A DNA stretch of 64,000 bases from Saprolegnia diclina VS20. Its lineage: Eukaryota. The stretch lies in the NCBI RefSeq assembly GCF_000281045.1, contig NW_008246076.1, forward strand, positions 670,727-734,726, written 5' to 3'. The translations under genes and the position numbers were made by a program. Of this stretch, positions 1 to 10,044 are shown in pieces. The first letter of the stretch is position 1. Every line of letters begins with the position of its first letter. Below the pieces are notes generated by a model, which was not told the DNA's origin, searched no databases, and saw only the letters and a program-made list of their open reading frames with translations.

Positions 1-393
1 TCAGCTAGTCGTTCAATTGAAATTCATGGACCACCACGAGGTCGGCAGCATACTTATGGCGTCGGTGGGTTGCAAAGGAGCTAGAATGAGATAAATGGGT
101 GAAGGATCGTACGAGGCGCTAAAGGCTGATGCACCAGCCAGATGATGTAGCGCAACTCATTTAGCGCTAGCAAGAGTTTCTCGTTGGAGTACCGGTAATC
201 CAATGCTGTTGCGAGGGTGCAATATCTATCGGTTGGTGCTTATTGAGGGATCGCATCTCGCGTCTTAGCTCAGCCGAGCCCTTGTTGTCCTTGTTGTTGA
301 TTGAGCCAGCCGGAATTTGTCAACGGGTACTGAGTTTACTTTACGTCAAAGAAAGTTGGCGCGTGGCGTGTGCACGAGTAGCACGGCGGAAAT

Positions 394-643
394 NNNNNNN
401 NNNNNNNNNNNNNNNNNNNNNNNNNNNNNNNNNNNNNNNNNNNNNNNNNNNNNNNNNNNNNNNNNNNNNNNNNNNNNNNNNNNNNNNNNNNNNNNNNNNN
501 NNNNNNNNNNNNNNNNNNNNNNNNNNNNNNNNNNNNNNNNNNNNNNNNNNNNNNNNNNNNNNNNNNNNNNNNNNNNNNNNNNNNNNNNNNNNNNNNNNNN
601 NNNNNNNNNNNNNNNNNNNNNNNNNNNNNNNNNNNNNNNNNNN
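394..643. other. Assembly gap (others at 4592-4779, 5263-5455, 47962-48158)
   Basis: Runs of N. Confidence 1.
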
Positions 644-722
644 TTTGGAAATACGTGGTTGCGATTGGTCCATTCAGTATCCTTTTGAAGCGGCACGGTG
701 AAACCCATCGGCGGCTCCGTGC

Positions 723-1850
723 ATGGCCAGCCACAGCAACCTCCTTGGCGGCGCGATTGTCTCTGCTGCCAGTCTACCATACCCGTTCACTCATATTTCG
801 CTGATGCTTAGGCCTTTGGCGTCGCTGTCGTCTCCAACTATGGCGTCAACCTCCAGAAACAGCTCCATCGTGTAGGCTATCCGCTCCTCACTTTCTTGTA
901 GTTTGACGACAATGGGTAGACGCTGGCGCAGGACGGCGACTGGGACATCTCGTACACGCATCACTGCGTCTGGTGGTGGGGCATGCTCCTCGTGACCCTC
1001 GGCTCGGTCGGCGACCTCGTCGCCTTTAGCTTTGCTCGCGCTGCGGTCGTTGCTGCTGTGGGCGGCGTCACGACCATCATCGCCAATGTGGTTTTTGCGC
1101 AATGCGTCAACCACGAGCCCTTGCACAAGACCGACCTGCTTGGTATCGCGTCCTTGATTGGGGCCGTCATCCTTCTTGCCGTGGCCTCCCGCGACGAAGC
1201 CAGGTACACATTGACATCGTTTCAAGCCAGGGTACCTCATCTGACTTCTGGGTGTCTTGACTAGTTATGACGTGACGGCGCTCTCAGGTCTGTTTGAATC
1301 GCGCGTGTACTTGACGTACGTCGGTCTCCAGGCGCTCTTGCTTGTTACCCTAAGCGCACGTCTCTACCACACCAAGCGCGAGAGTGTCAAGTCGCTTTGC
1401 TTTGCCGCCATCTCGGGCACGATCGGTGCCATGTCCGTCTTGCTCGGGAAATGCACCGTCGAGATGCTGTCGCAAACCGTTCAAGGACGGTACTTTGCGC
1501 TTTCCCACGGTCTCTTTTACGGTGTCGCTGTCTCGTTGATTGTGTGCGTCGCGAGCCAAACCCACAGTTTGAACCGCGCGTTTTCCAACGGGGACATTAT
1601 GGCCGCGCTCCCCATCTTTCAAATGTTCTGGATTGGCTTGGCGGTAGTTGGCGATATTGTCTTCTACCACTCGTACACGTCCTTTACGACCAACGACTGG
1701 CTTCTGTACCTCGTGATTCTCGGCCTCATGGTCGTCGGCTGCACCTGCGTCGCGTCGTCGCGCCTTCTCCGCGCCAATGACGACGGCTACGTGGCTGTCA
1801 GCGATGCCGACGTCGAAAAGACGATGCAACACGACGACGTTTATGCATAA
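723..1850 (+). CDS. NIPA-family magnesium transporter-like membrane protein (multi-exon)
   Basis: ATG 723 (MASHSNLLGGAI), then an intron, AFGVAVVSNYGVNLQKQLH, WWWGMLLVTLGSVGDLVAFSFA and GTIGAMSVLLGKC...LNRAF...LPIFQMFW. These are NIPA/DMT-type motifs with many TM segments. Confidence 0.8.
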
Positions 1851-2035
1851 GACTACAATGTAATGTAAAACACTGTATATTCATCGCCGCTATCGTTAAT
1901 GCAGTGTCGGCTTCCATCACCATGTCCCCACATGTCAAAGCTCTGACACCGCTCGACCTCCCATCGAGCATCCAAAATGATGGGTCGTTCGAGCGGTGTC
2001 TCCTGAAGCTCACATTGCCTTTTCTCTTCAACTCG

Positions 2036-3328
2036 ATGGCCTGTTTTCTCCTCCTTCTCAGTGTTGCGCTCGCTCTCACGCTGTACGCGGCGGCGATGGC
2101 AATGGTACCACTGACAATTCGTGTCGGGTGCGGCGCCAAGCAAGCCTACCCGCTGCACCACGACGTCCTCCGGTTTAGCATCAACCAGCCGACCGCATCG
2201 CTGCTTCTCGTGCATTTTGCACATGTGCATTTGGCGCCATCCGACTACATTGTGCTGCGCCCGATTGGTCGCAATGCGACGGCGCGGACCATGACGCCGG
2301 CGCGTATCACGGCGTCGTCCGGCGCGTTTTTCGCCATGCCTCTCTACGCGCCCCAAGTGATTGTCGAGCTGCATACGATGGGGCTCCATCGCGGCGGCGG
2401 CGACTGCTTTGGTTTTGCCATCGACGGGGTTCGAACCCACGCCGACGCGCGTCTCCGTGTGCCCAAGAACGAAAACGAAGAGTCGCTCTGCGGCACCGAC
2501 GACTCGAAGAACGCCATGTGCTACATCAACTCGGCCATGTATACTGCGTCCAAGGCGGTCGTGCGGCTCCTTACGAACCGCGCGTCGGGCTCGGACTTTT
2601 GCACGGGCTGGCTCCTCGGCTGCGCTGGCCACGTGCTCACGAACCAGCACTGCCTCGTCTCGGCCGGCGACGCGCGCAACACGCAGTTTGAGTTTATGGC
2701 CCAAGGTGCGAGCTGCCAAAGTGACTGCGAGGCGTCGGGTGCGTGTGCCAGCCGCATCGTTGTCCAGGGTGGCACCCTGCTTGCATCATCGAAAGCGCTC
2801 GACTATGCGCTCGTGCAACTTGACAACGTGCCGTCCGAGCTTGGGTACGAAACAATGTTGGACTATTGCAACTGGCTCATTTTGGAACGTAGCTTTTTGC
2901 AGCTGCGCGCGGCGGGGCCACGGCTAAACGAACGCGTGTACATTCCCCAGTACCCTCTCGGCGGCGGGAAGCGCCTCGCCGTTGTCAAGAGCAATCAGCC
3001 GGGCACGATCACGTCCGTGACTCTCTCTGGGTTTGTTCGCCACGGGCATTTAGTTGAGGTGCGATTCTGTATTATATTATTGTAGGTGTGCCGAGAACCA
3101 AGCGGGCTACATGCTGGACACGCAGCCGGGGTCGTCGGGGTCGCCGGTGCTGGCGTCGAGCGACAACACAGTTGTGGCCTTGCACCACTGTGGCGGTACT
3201 TGTACTTTTGAAGCTGTCATCGTGACTGATGTTAGGACGTAGGGTGTCCGAATGCCGGCATCCAAGCACAGTTTATCATTCGCGATCTGACGGAAAAGGG
3301 TCTCTTGCCGCCCTGCGCTGTTGCGTAG
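2036..3328 (+). CDS. Secreted trypsin-like (chymotrypsin-fold) serine protease, multi-exon
   Basis: Hydrophobic signal peptide. Catalytic triad motifs CTGWL...LTNQHC (His), LDYALVQL (Asp) and DTQPGSSGSPV (Ser). Last exon GCPNAGIQ...CAVA* ends at 3328. Confidence 0.85.
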
Positions 3329-3467
3329 TAGCTGCTCTAAATTGTAAGACAATATGGTGCAATAATGTATAATGTCGCACGGTGTATCCGGATACTAGTA
3401 CGCATCCAATGCTATCTATTGATAACCTTATGATTCGCGTGTTGGGGTAGACGGGGTGGAAGCTGAA

Positions 3468-3875
3468 TCACAGCGTCTTGCTTTTTTGTCCAGAGTTCAT
3501 GACACGGCACTGCTCCCACTGGTACGCGGCTCGTTTTTGTGCGAACCCGTGGAGGGCGCCGCACGCTGCGTGCACGAGCACGATGAGCAGCACGCCCACT
3601 TGAACGTACGACACCCACGTAGCGTCGCTCAACGAAGCGTACATGGCAAAGAGGCACGTCATCATGTAGCAGTTCACATGCCGGCCATAGTAATCCGCGT
3701 GGTGCATGCTGTCGCGATGAAGCCGCCGCTTGAACTTGTCTGCTTGGACGCAATTGGCCGTCTCGACAGCGCCGGTTCCGAGGTACTGCGCGGGAATGCA
3801 CCTCGGTACCACCATCGACAGAGTTGCCAGCGCCAGCACTCTAGAGTACGCGTACTGGATCGACGCCTTGTCCAT
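3468..3875 (-). CDS. Small membrane protein, family B copy 1 (unknown function)
   Basis: 135 aa from MDKASIQ. Shares the HxDxxxRH and QWE motifs with copies at 5849 and 7036. Confidence 0.65.
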   Translation of the reverse strand: MDKASIQYAYSRVLALATLSMVVPRCIPAQYLGTGAVETANCVQADKFKRRLHRDSMHHADYYGRHVNCYMMTCLFAMYASLSDATWVSYVQVGVLLIVLVHAACGALHGFAQKRAAYQWEQCRVMNSGQKSKTL

Positions 3876-4051
3876 CGTGATCGTGCTCGGTTGCTTGAAA
3901 TCGGACTGCCGCGTTCGGCTCAACCTCTCACATTGCACACGAAAAAGAAATGCAACGCACAATCCGTCACCGTGACAAAGCAAATCATCGACCGGATAAA
4001 CCTCTAGATTTGGATCTTGAGTGCAATTTGGCGATCAGTTTGCACTTTTCC

Positions 4052-4483
4052 ATGTCGGTCGCACTTGTCCTCGGCTGCTTTGGCGCATCGGTCCTGTACG
4101 CTGCCGAGTGGATCGATCTCGCGCCACGGTGCCTCTTTGCCCCACACGCCATCGACACGTCGGCGTATACACACCTCGATCGCAAGGCGACCAAAGACGA
4201 CGTCGAAGAAATCTTTGACCGCCACGACGATGCGCTGATCATGGCCAAACCGTCGACTCCCGGCATTCTATCATTACTGGGACTCTTGGGCGGCGGTCTT
4301 TTGGTTGATATGGTGTCGGACCATCTCCAGCCCGTGCTTGTGCTCGTTGTGCTCTATTGCGCGTATTCGTACGTGCGCACGCAGCGCTTAATTTTGCTCA
4401 TCGAGAACGAGCGAGGACAGTGGAAGGACTGGCGAGAGGTCATGCTGGATCGTGTTGTGGCTGCTAGACAAGATACTTTGTAA
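4052..4483 (+). CDS. Small membrane protein, family A copy 1 (unknown function)
   Basis: WIDLAPRCLFAP...HDDALI...ENERGQWKDW. Clear paralogue of 6478 and 7658. Confidence 0.75.
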   Translation: MSVALVLGCFGASVLYAAEWIDLAPRCLFAPHAIDTSAYTHLDRKATKDDVEEIFDRHDDALIMAKPSTPGILSLLGLLGGGLLVDMVSDHLQPVLVLVVLYCAYSYVRTQRLILLIENERGQWKDWREVMLDRVVAARQDTL

Positions 4484-4779
4484 TCAAGTCCATCCAGTGG
4501 TTGTGATAGCGTTGTATTCTCGTTGACGGAGCGAGACCATAACGCTCCACGCCATTCAAAACGCTCGAAACAAAGTCATCTGTAAGGTTAANNNNNNNNN
4601 NNNNNNNNNNNNNNNNNNNNNNNNNNNNNNNNNNNNNNNNNNNNNNNNNNNNNNNNNNNNNNNNNNNNNNNNNNNNNNNNNNNNNNNNNNNNNNNNNNNN
4701 NNNNNNNNNNNNNNNNNNNNNNNNNNNNNNNNNNNNNNNNNNNNNNNNNNNNNNNNNNNNNNNNNNNNNNNNNNNNNNN

Positions 4780-5048
4780 ATTTCGGCTACGGACACGGCA
4801 TTGCTCAAGAGGCAGATGAACGTGAAGCTCTGCATGTGGCGGCTGTGGCGGTCGCAGTGATAAAAGTAAGTGCGCCATAGCCGCTTGACGTGCTGCTTGG
4901 CGAGTCGCTTGGCGTGCGGGGCGTGGATGTCGCCGCAGTCAACTGGCAGCGTCGGTTGCATCTTGGCAATGAAGTACGGGGCCACAAGCATGAGGAAGAG
5001 GCTGCCGCCGAGCACGACAATGGTCAAGAATCCGGTCCACGTAGCCAT
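4780..5048 (-). CDS. Family B copy 2 (3' end falls in assembly gap)
   Basis: MATWTGF...KRLWRTYFYHCDRHSRHMQS matches copy 3 KRLWRPYFDHSDGVFRHIQS. Confidence 0.65.
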
Positions 5049-5455
5049 GTCCAGCTTGTTGCGAAATGCAGCGGATTGTCTGTGCTCTGCCGCGACCTCT
5101 CACAACGTACATTCACATGTCAGCTGCAGACGCAAAGACATTGCAAAAGAGTGCCACCTCATGCTTCGCAAGTCGACGTTTCACCAAATTTTGGTGCCGT
5201 TCGGCGACACAGAACCTCTCAGAACGCATAAGTACAATCTCTCTCAGTTTGCCATTTGCCAANNNNNNNNNNNNNNNNNNNNNNNNNNNNNNNNNNNNNN
5301 NNNNNNNNNNNNNNNNNNNNNNNNNNNNNNNNNNNNNNNNNNNNNNNNNNNNNNNNNNNNNNNNNNNNNNNNNNNNNNNNNNNNNNNNNNNNNNNNNNNN
5401 NNNNNNNNNNNNNNNNNNNNNNNNNNNNNNNNNNNNNNNNNNNNNNNNNNNNNNN

Positions 5456-5662
5456 ATTGGTCTTTTTGCCTCGAGTTTCGGGGGCTTGATTTGCCCCGAT
5501 ATGCTTATGCCGGTGCTCGTTCTTCTCGCTTGCGTGTGTGCGTACCCGTACTTGAACGAGAAACGCGAGCGACTCTACATTGACGCCGAGACGGAGCAGT
5601 GGGAAGACTGGCAAGCTACATTGCTCGCGCGGTGTCGTGCAACTACTGTGTCCAGCATCTAA
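5456..5662 (+). CDS. Family A copy 2 (5' end falls in assembly gap)
   Basis: PVLVLLACVCAYPYL...DAETEQWEDW matches the family A C-terminus. Confidence 0.65.
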   Translation: MGLFASSFGGLICPDMLMPVLVLLACVCAYPYLNEKRERLYIDAETEQWEDWQATLLARCRATTVSSI

Positions 5663-5848
5663 TTCTACTAGCCTATTCGATATATCTTGTGCATTGAAAA
5701 ACTCCCAAGCATCAACACACAAGACTGGTCACTGCGACATCCACGAGCGTGGAGAAGAACCCCGCAAACTTCTTTGTGCTTTGCTTACTTTGCTAAGAAT
5801 GGGCGTCAAACACTGTCTGGTGAAGATATAGAATGACGTCACATTTTC

Positions 5849-6301
5849 TTAGGGAGCCGAATTGGACTGCGACCGGCGCTTGTAGCTACCAGCCTTTTGA
5901 CGGCCACGCTCGTCCCGAAGAGCCTCCCACTGCTCGCGCTGACCTTGAGCTTTCATTTGACCGACTGTGTGTGCCACGACGCAACAGGCATGCGCGATCG
6001 CAACGACGACGAGGCTGAAGCACAGGTAGCGCAGCCACGGGGTCGTCAGCTCCGGGGCGTAGCTCGCGACGGACGCAGCGATTAAAGAGCTCTGTATGTG
6101 TCGAAATACGCCGTCCGAGTGGTCAAAATACGGTCGCCAAAGCCGCTTGATCTTCTCGGCGATGACAATATCGTCCGCGCCGCTGCTATCAATGGCGCCG
6201 CTGCGTGGCCACCATCGAGCGGGCAGTAAGGCGAGACTCAGCACCGCGGCCGTATTGACCATGAACATGACAGGGCTTGCGACCCCAAAAAACGTGTCCA
6301 T
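5849..6301 (-). CDS. Family B copy 3
   Basis: MDTFFGV...HSDGVFRHI...TPWLRY...AHA...QREQWE. Confidence 0.7.
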   Translation of the reverse strand: MDTFFGVASPVMFMVNTAAVLSLALLPARWWPRSGAIDSSGADDIVIAEKIKRLWRPYFDHSDGVFRHIQSSLIAASVASYAPELTTPWLRYLCFSLVVVAIAHACCVVAHTVGQMKAQGQREQWEALRDERGRQKAGSYKRRSQSNSAP

Positions 6302-6477
6302 GCCGTGCCGATTGTGTTTGCAAATAGGTGGTGCCACATCCGGCGTGTGTAAAACCTCTGAAACATAATATGACGTGGCGCACGGACACGCAGTTCCTCC
6401 ATCGTGTGTCACCTTTGTGCTGATCGATTGTGAAGGAATCCTCAAGAACGAAATTTCCAATAAAGACGCCACTCGCC

Positions 6478-6903
6478 ATGTCTGTGCGAATCGTCATGCG
6501 TGGCGCTACTGCCGCTGTTGTGTATGCTGCGCTTTGGCTCGATCGCGCGCCGCGCTGTCTCTTCTCGCCCAAGCGTATCGAGACGGCCGCCCACGCAGCC
6601 TTGACAACTAAGAAGGAGATTGACGAGGTTGCCGAGGCGCACGATGACGCGCTCATTCGCGCCAAGGCGCCATTGTCGCCTCTTGGCCCATTACTTGGTC
6701 TCCTGGCCTGCCTCTTATCTCTCGAGTACGACGTGCCCGACGCTTCGGTTCCGTGCGTGGTGGTGGTCTTTCTCTACTGCGCGTGCAAGTATATTGCGAT
6801 GGTGCGCAGTGAGCTGCTACTGCAGAACGAGCAGCGTCAGTGGAAGGACTGGCGCGAACGCATGGTCGATCGTCTTGCATACAAGGCGCACCCGGACGAG
6901 TAA
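6478..6903 (+). CDS. Family A copy 3
   Basis: WLDRAPRCLFSP...HDDALI...QNEQRQWKDW. Confidence 0.75.
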   Translation: MSVRIVMRGATAAVVYAALWLDRAPRCLFSPKRIETAAHAALTTKKEIDEVAEAHDDALIRAKAPLSPLGPLLGLLACLLSLEYDVPDASVPCVVVVFLYCACKYIAMVRSELLLQNEQRQWKDWRERMVDRLAYKAHPDE

Positions 6904-7035
6904 TGCGACGAGTCGACTTTGCGTGTGGTTTGTTTTCTCTTGACCAACTAATACCTCGCAATACAGAGTAGGTTGAAACGAAACTCCAGACAAAATGCAT
7001 ACAACAAATTGAAGTCTTTCGAGATCGTATTTAGC

Positions 7036-7461
7036 TTAACGTACACGGAGTGCGTTGCGGACTTTTTCCCAGTGTTGAATCTCGTTTTGAGCTGCGTCGC
7101 GGCCGAGCGCGTGCGCGAGAACCTTCCACGCGTGGACAGCAACGACTGGGTATACGCCCATGCTCACGTAGGGCACCCATGGCGTCGCGGACGACGATGC
7201 GACGACTGCAAAGATGATAGCAAAGCTCGTGCAGTAAATGTGACGGCCGTAGAGATCGAGGTGGTGAAACGAACGTAGCCAGCCGTGCAAAATGGCGGCT
7301 TCGACCACCGTCTCGTCGCTTTCGCTGTTGGTCGCGAAGGCTCTTGCGGGTACTACTTTGAACCAGCGCGTGGTCAGACACACGGCGACTAGCAACACGG
7401 TGCACGCTCCACCAAAGACAACGACTTGGGTTTGCGCGAGCACGTTCGTGTTGTTGTCCAT
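7036..7461 (-). CDS. Family B copy 4
   Basis: MDNNTNV...HHLDLYGRHI...TPWVPYV...VHA...QHWE. Confidence 0.7.
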   Translation of the reverse strand: MDNNTNVLAQTQVVVFGGACTVLLVAVCLTTRWFKVVPARAFATNSESDETVVEAAILHGWLRSFHHLDLYGRHIYCTSFAIIFAVVASSSATPWVPYVSMGVYPVVAVHAWKVLAHALGRDAAQNEIQHWEKVRNALRVR

Positions 7462-7657
7462 CGTACTCGCACTTGAGAGGGAAAATGGGGTGTCAACAAT
7501 AATGTACGCGGCCTTGTCCGACAACGTACGGTACGAGTTGACTTCTTTACTGTATCCAAATTGTACAGCGTACGCTGTATCTCTCTGGCGACAGTACATG
7601 CCGGTCGGTTGTCAACCTCCCACAACGAATATTTGCCGGACGATCGCCATTCGAGAG

Positions 7658-8092
7658 ATGACGTCGCCGCTGCAAGTTGCTCTTGGCTGCACGGGCACCG
7701 TCGTTTTGTATGCGTCCCAGTGGGTCGACCGCGCACCTCGCTGGCTCTACGCACCCAAGGCCATCGATGTGTCTGCCTACACCAACCTCGACCAGCCGAC
7801 GACGATTGCAGAGCTCGATCGCATTGTTACCAAGCACGACCTTGCGTTGCTGGGGGTTGCAGCACCGACGACCCACCTCGTTTCCGGTGCCGGTTTCATG
7901 GGCATTGCCTACTGCTTCGATGGGTTGCCTCCGGTGCTCCAATGGGTGGCGCTGTTGCTGTACGTAGCGCTCGTGTACGTCTATTTAGATACGTCGCGCC
8001 TGAACATGCTCGTCGAAGGCGAACGCACCCAGTGGAAGAGCTGGCAGATCATGATGGTCGAGCGCCTCCCGTCAAAGCGTGCTATGAATTAA
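7658..8092 (+). CDS. Family A copy 4
   Basis: WVDRAPRWLYAP...HDLALL...EGERTQWKSW. Confidence 0.75.
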   Translation: MTSPLQVALGCTGTVVLYASQWVDRAPRWLYAPKAIDVSAYTNLDQPTTIAELDRIVTKHDLALLGVAAPTTHLVSGAGFMGIAYCFDGLPPVLQWVALLLYVALVYVYLDTSRLNMLVEGERTQWKSWQIMMVERLPSKRAMN

Positions 8093-8140
8093 TGTATTTT
8101 TGTTCTACAATCAATAAAGATCTATCGGCTTCAAGCGAAA

Positions 8141-8404
8141 TTGTACACTCGCATGACATATGTTGGTTGCGACAAAAGCAATCTTGGCGTCGGTGGCCTC
8201 GGCATGCACCACTTTCCCGATGTTGTCCACAGCGTGCTTGCACTGCTCTGTGTCGTCTGTGCGCTCACGCATCTGCACTTGAAGCGGCGCCTTGCGCTCC
8301 TCGGCGACGAGCAAGATCAGTGGGAAGACTGCAAGCTTGATATGCTGTCGGAATTGGATAGCACCGATTCGGATAGTCATCATCCTAAACCCCACCTCGA
8401 ATAA
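8141..8404 (+). pseudogene. 5'-truncated family A remnant
   Basis: Only the C-terminal TM and GDEQDQWEDC remain. Lacks the WxDxAPR N-terminal block and has no family B partner. Confidence 0.55.
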
Positions 8405-8883
8405 CGTCAAGCATTTGCATACAAACACCAATGCGTCGACCCGGTGAGACTCGCAGTGGGTGACCGAATGTCAAGATCAACGGAGGGCTCGGCACTCACC
8501 ACTTCAGGTACTTCGTACTCGCAACGCAGCCGCCAATGCTATTCGGGTACTTGGGCAAAGTCAGAGATCGCTACGGCATCCGATGTCTTCCATCGCAGCT
8601 GCAGCGTTGCCGTCAAATGGGGTTCTTCCTTGCGCACACGGAGGAATGCCTTTGTGGCATCCGCCCACGACCAGGTGAGAAGCGTTCGCTGGGCAACCCA
8701 ACGCAGGGTGAATGGAGCAGGCGTGGCAGCCTCCCACGGTATCGAAATGCTTTGCCCAATGTGTCGCGTCCAGTTCCAGTGCGTTGTGGTGTAAACGTGA
8801 CGCTGCTCCAGAATCCAAGAGAGTAGCAAGGTGATAGCGACAGAAGAGCACCGAGGAATCTGTCCGACAACACTCTGATCGAG

Positions 8884-9735
8884 TTAAACTTTGTGGCGCT
8901 TCGTTGGCGCCTCCATGAACCAGCCGACGAGTGCCCAGCGGTCGCGCTTGGTCGGACGAGCCTCGTGAATGAGCTTTTCGCTGTGAAACACCACGAGTGT
9001 GCCGCCGATCGGGTCCACGTTGACGGGCGGCGCGCCGGATGGGTACGCGCACAAGTTGCCACCGTCGCGCGACGTTTCCCAGTCGGGCGCGTTGAGGTAG
9101 AGCACCATCGAGACGACGCGGTTGGGCTTGCCAGGAATGCGCTCTTGCTGGTCAATGTGCTTGCTGTAAAAGCCTTCGTCGTCGCCGGGGTAGTAGAGGT
9201 ACTGCAGCTCCATCTCGTCGCCGAGCGGCGCTACGTTTGTGTGGAGCGTGGCATGGAGGTCCGAGATGAGGTCCATGACGCAGTCGCGCGCACCGACGTC
9301 GCCGACGTCGCGGGGCACATTGGCTGCGTCGTCAAAGAGACCGCAGCACTCGGAGAGGCGCTTGGACCGCTTGACCTTTTGGCTCTCGCCGACGCGCCCG
9401 CCAATGGTGCTCTTGGTAAAGGCGCCGGCCGCGCGCAGCGCAGTCGCATCCGCACGCAATCGCTCGACGAGGCGCGGTGAGATCCACTGCTTGGTGACGC
9501 TAATGCGCCCGGCCGCAACCGCATCCAGCGACGTGATAGGCGCCGACGACGGACCTGTCGGACGCTTGCGCTTCTTGGCCCGGCGTGACGGCTTCTTCTT
9601 CGTGGACGAGGCGTCGGCTGCAGCAGGAGCAGTGGTTGATGGCGGCGTCGGTGCAATGGCAGACGACGAAGACGTGAGCTTGGCCTTCTTCTTGTGCTGT
9701 CGCCTCTCGGCGCGAGAGAGCACGGCCTCCACCAT
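8884..9735 (-). CDS. 2OG-Fe(II) oxygenase, prolyl-4-hydroxylase/EGLN-like
   Basis: YSKHID (HxD), RVVSMVLYLNAPDW, GGNL and HEARPTKRDRWALVGW. Basic N-terminus. Confidence 0.85.
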   Translation of the reverse strand: MVEAVLSRAERRQHKKKAKLTSSSSAIAPTPPSTTAPAAADASSTKKKPSRRAKKRKRPTGPSSAPITSLDAVAAGRISVTKQWISPRLVERLRADATALRAAGAFTKSTIGGRVGESQKVKRSKRLSECCGLFDDAANVPRDVGDVGARDCVMDLISDLHATLHTNVAPLGDEMELQYLYYPGDDEGFYSKHIDQQERIPGKPNRVVSMVLYLNAPDWETSRDGGNLCAYPSGAPPVNVDPIGGTLVVFHSEKLIHEARPTKRDRWALVGWFMEAPTKRHKV

Positions 9736-10044
9736 TTTGAGTTTGCACCTTTTTTGACGCCGGATAATGATTCATCCGGATGCTACAATCGGCATATGCC
9801 ACATAGAAGCACACGATCGAGAGACAGGATGAGTTGTACAATGGGCGACTTGGAGTAGCTCCTGGAGTATTAATAGTGTAGCAACCAGTGTGTAGCAACC
9901 AACCAATCTGTCCTCGGATTACCTCCCGACTTGTGCTGTCCCAGCGAGTTGTCTCGAGTTGGCAGTCTAGAGTCAGTGGCGCTGCAAAAGTCCAACACAG
10001 CTGTCATCTCGTTGCGGCAACTGCCACCTTGAAGTGTAACCGCA

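Noticed and set aside
243..780. ORFs running through N gaps
   Set aside because: Their length is an artefact of Ns lacking stop codons.
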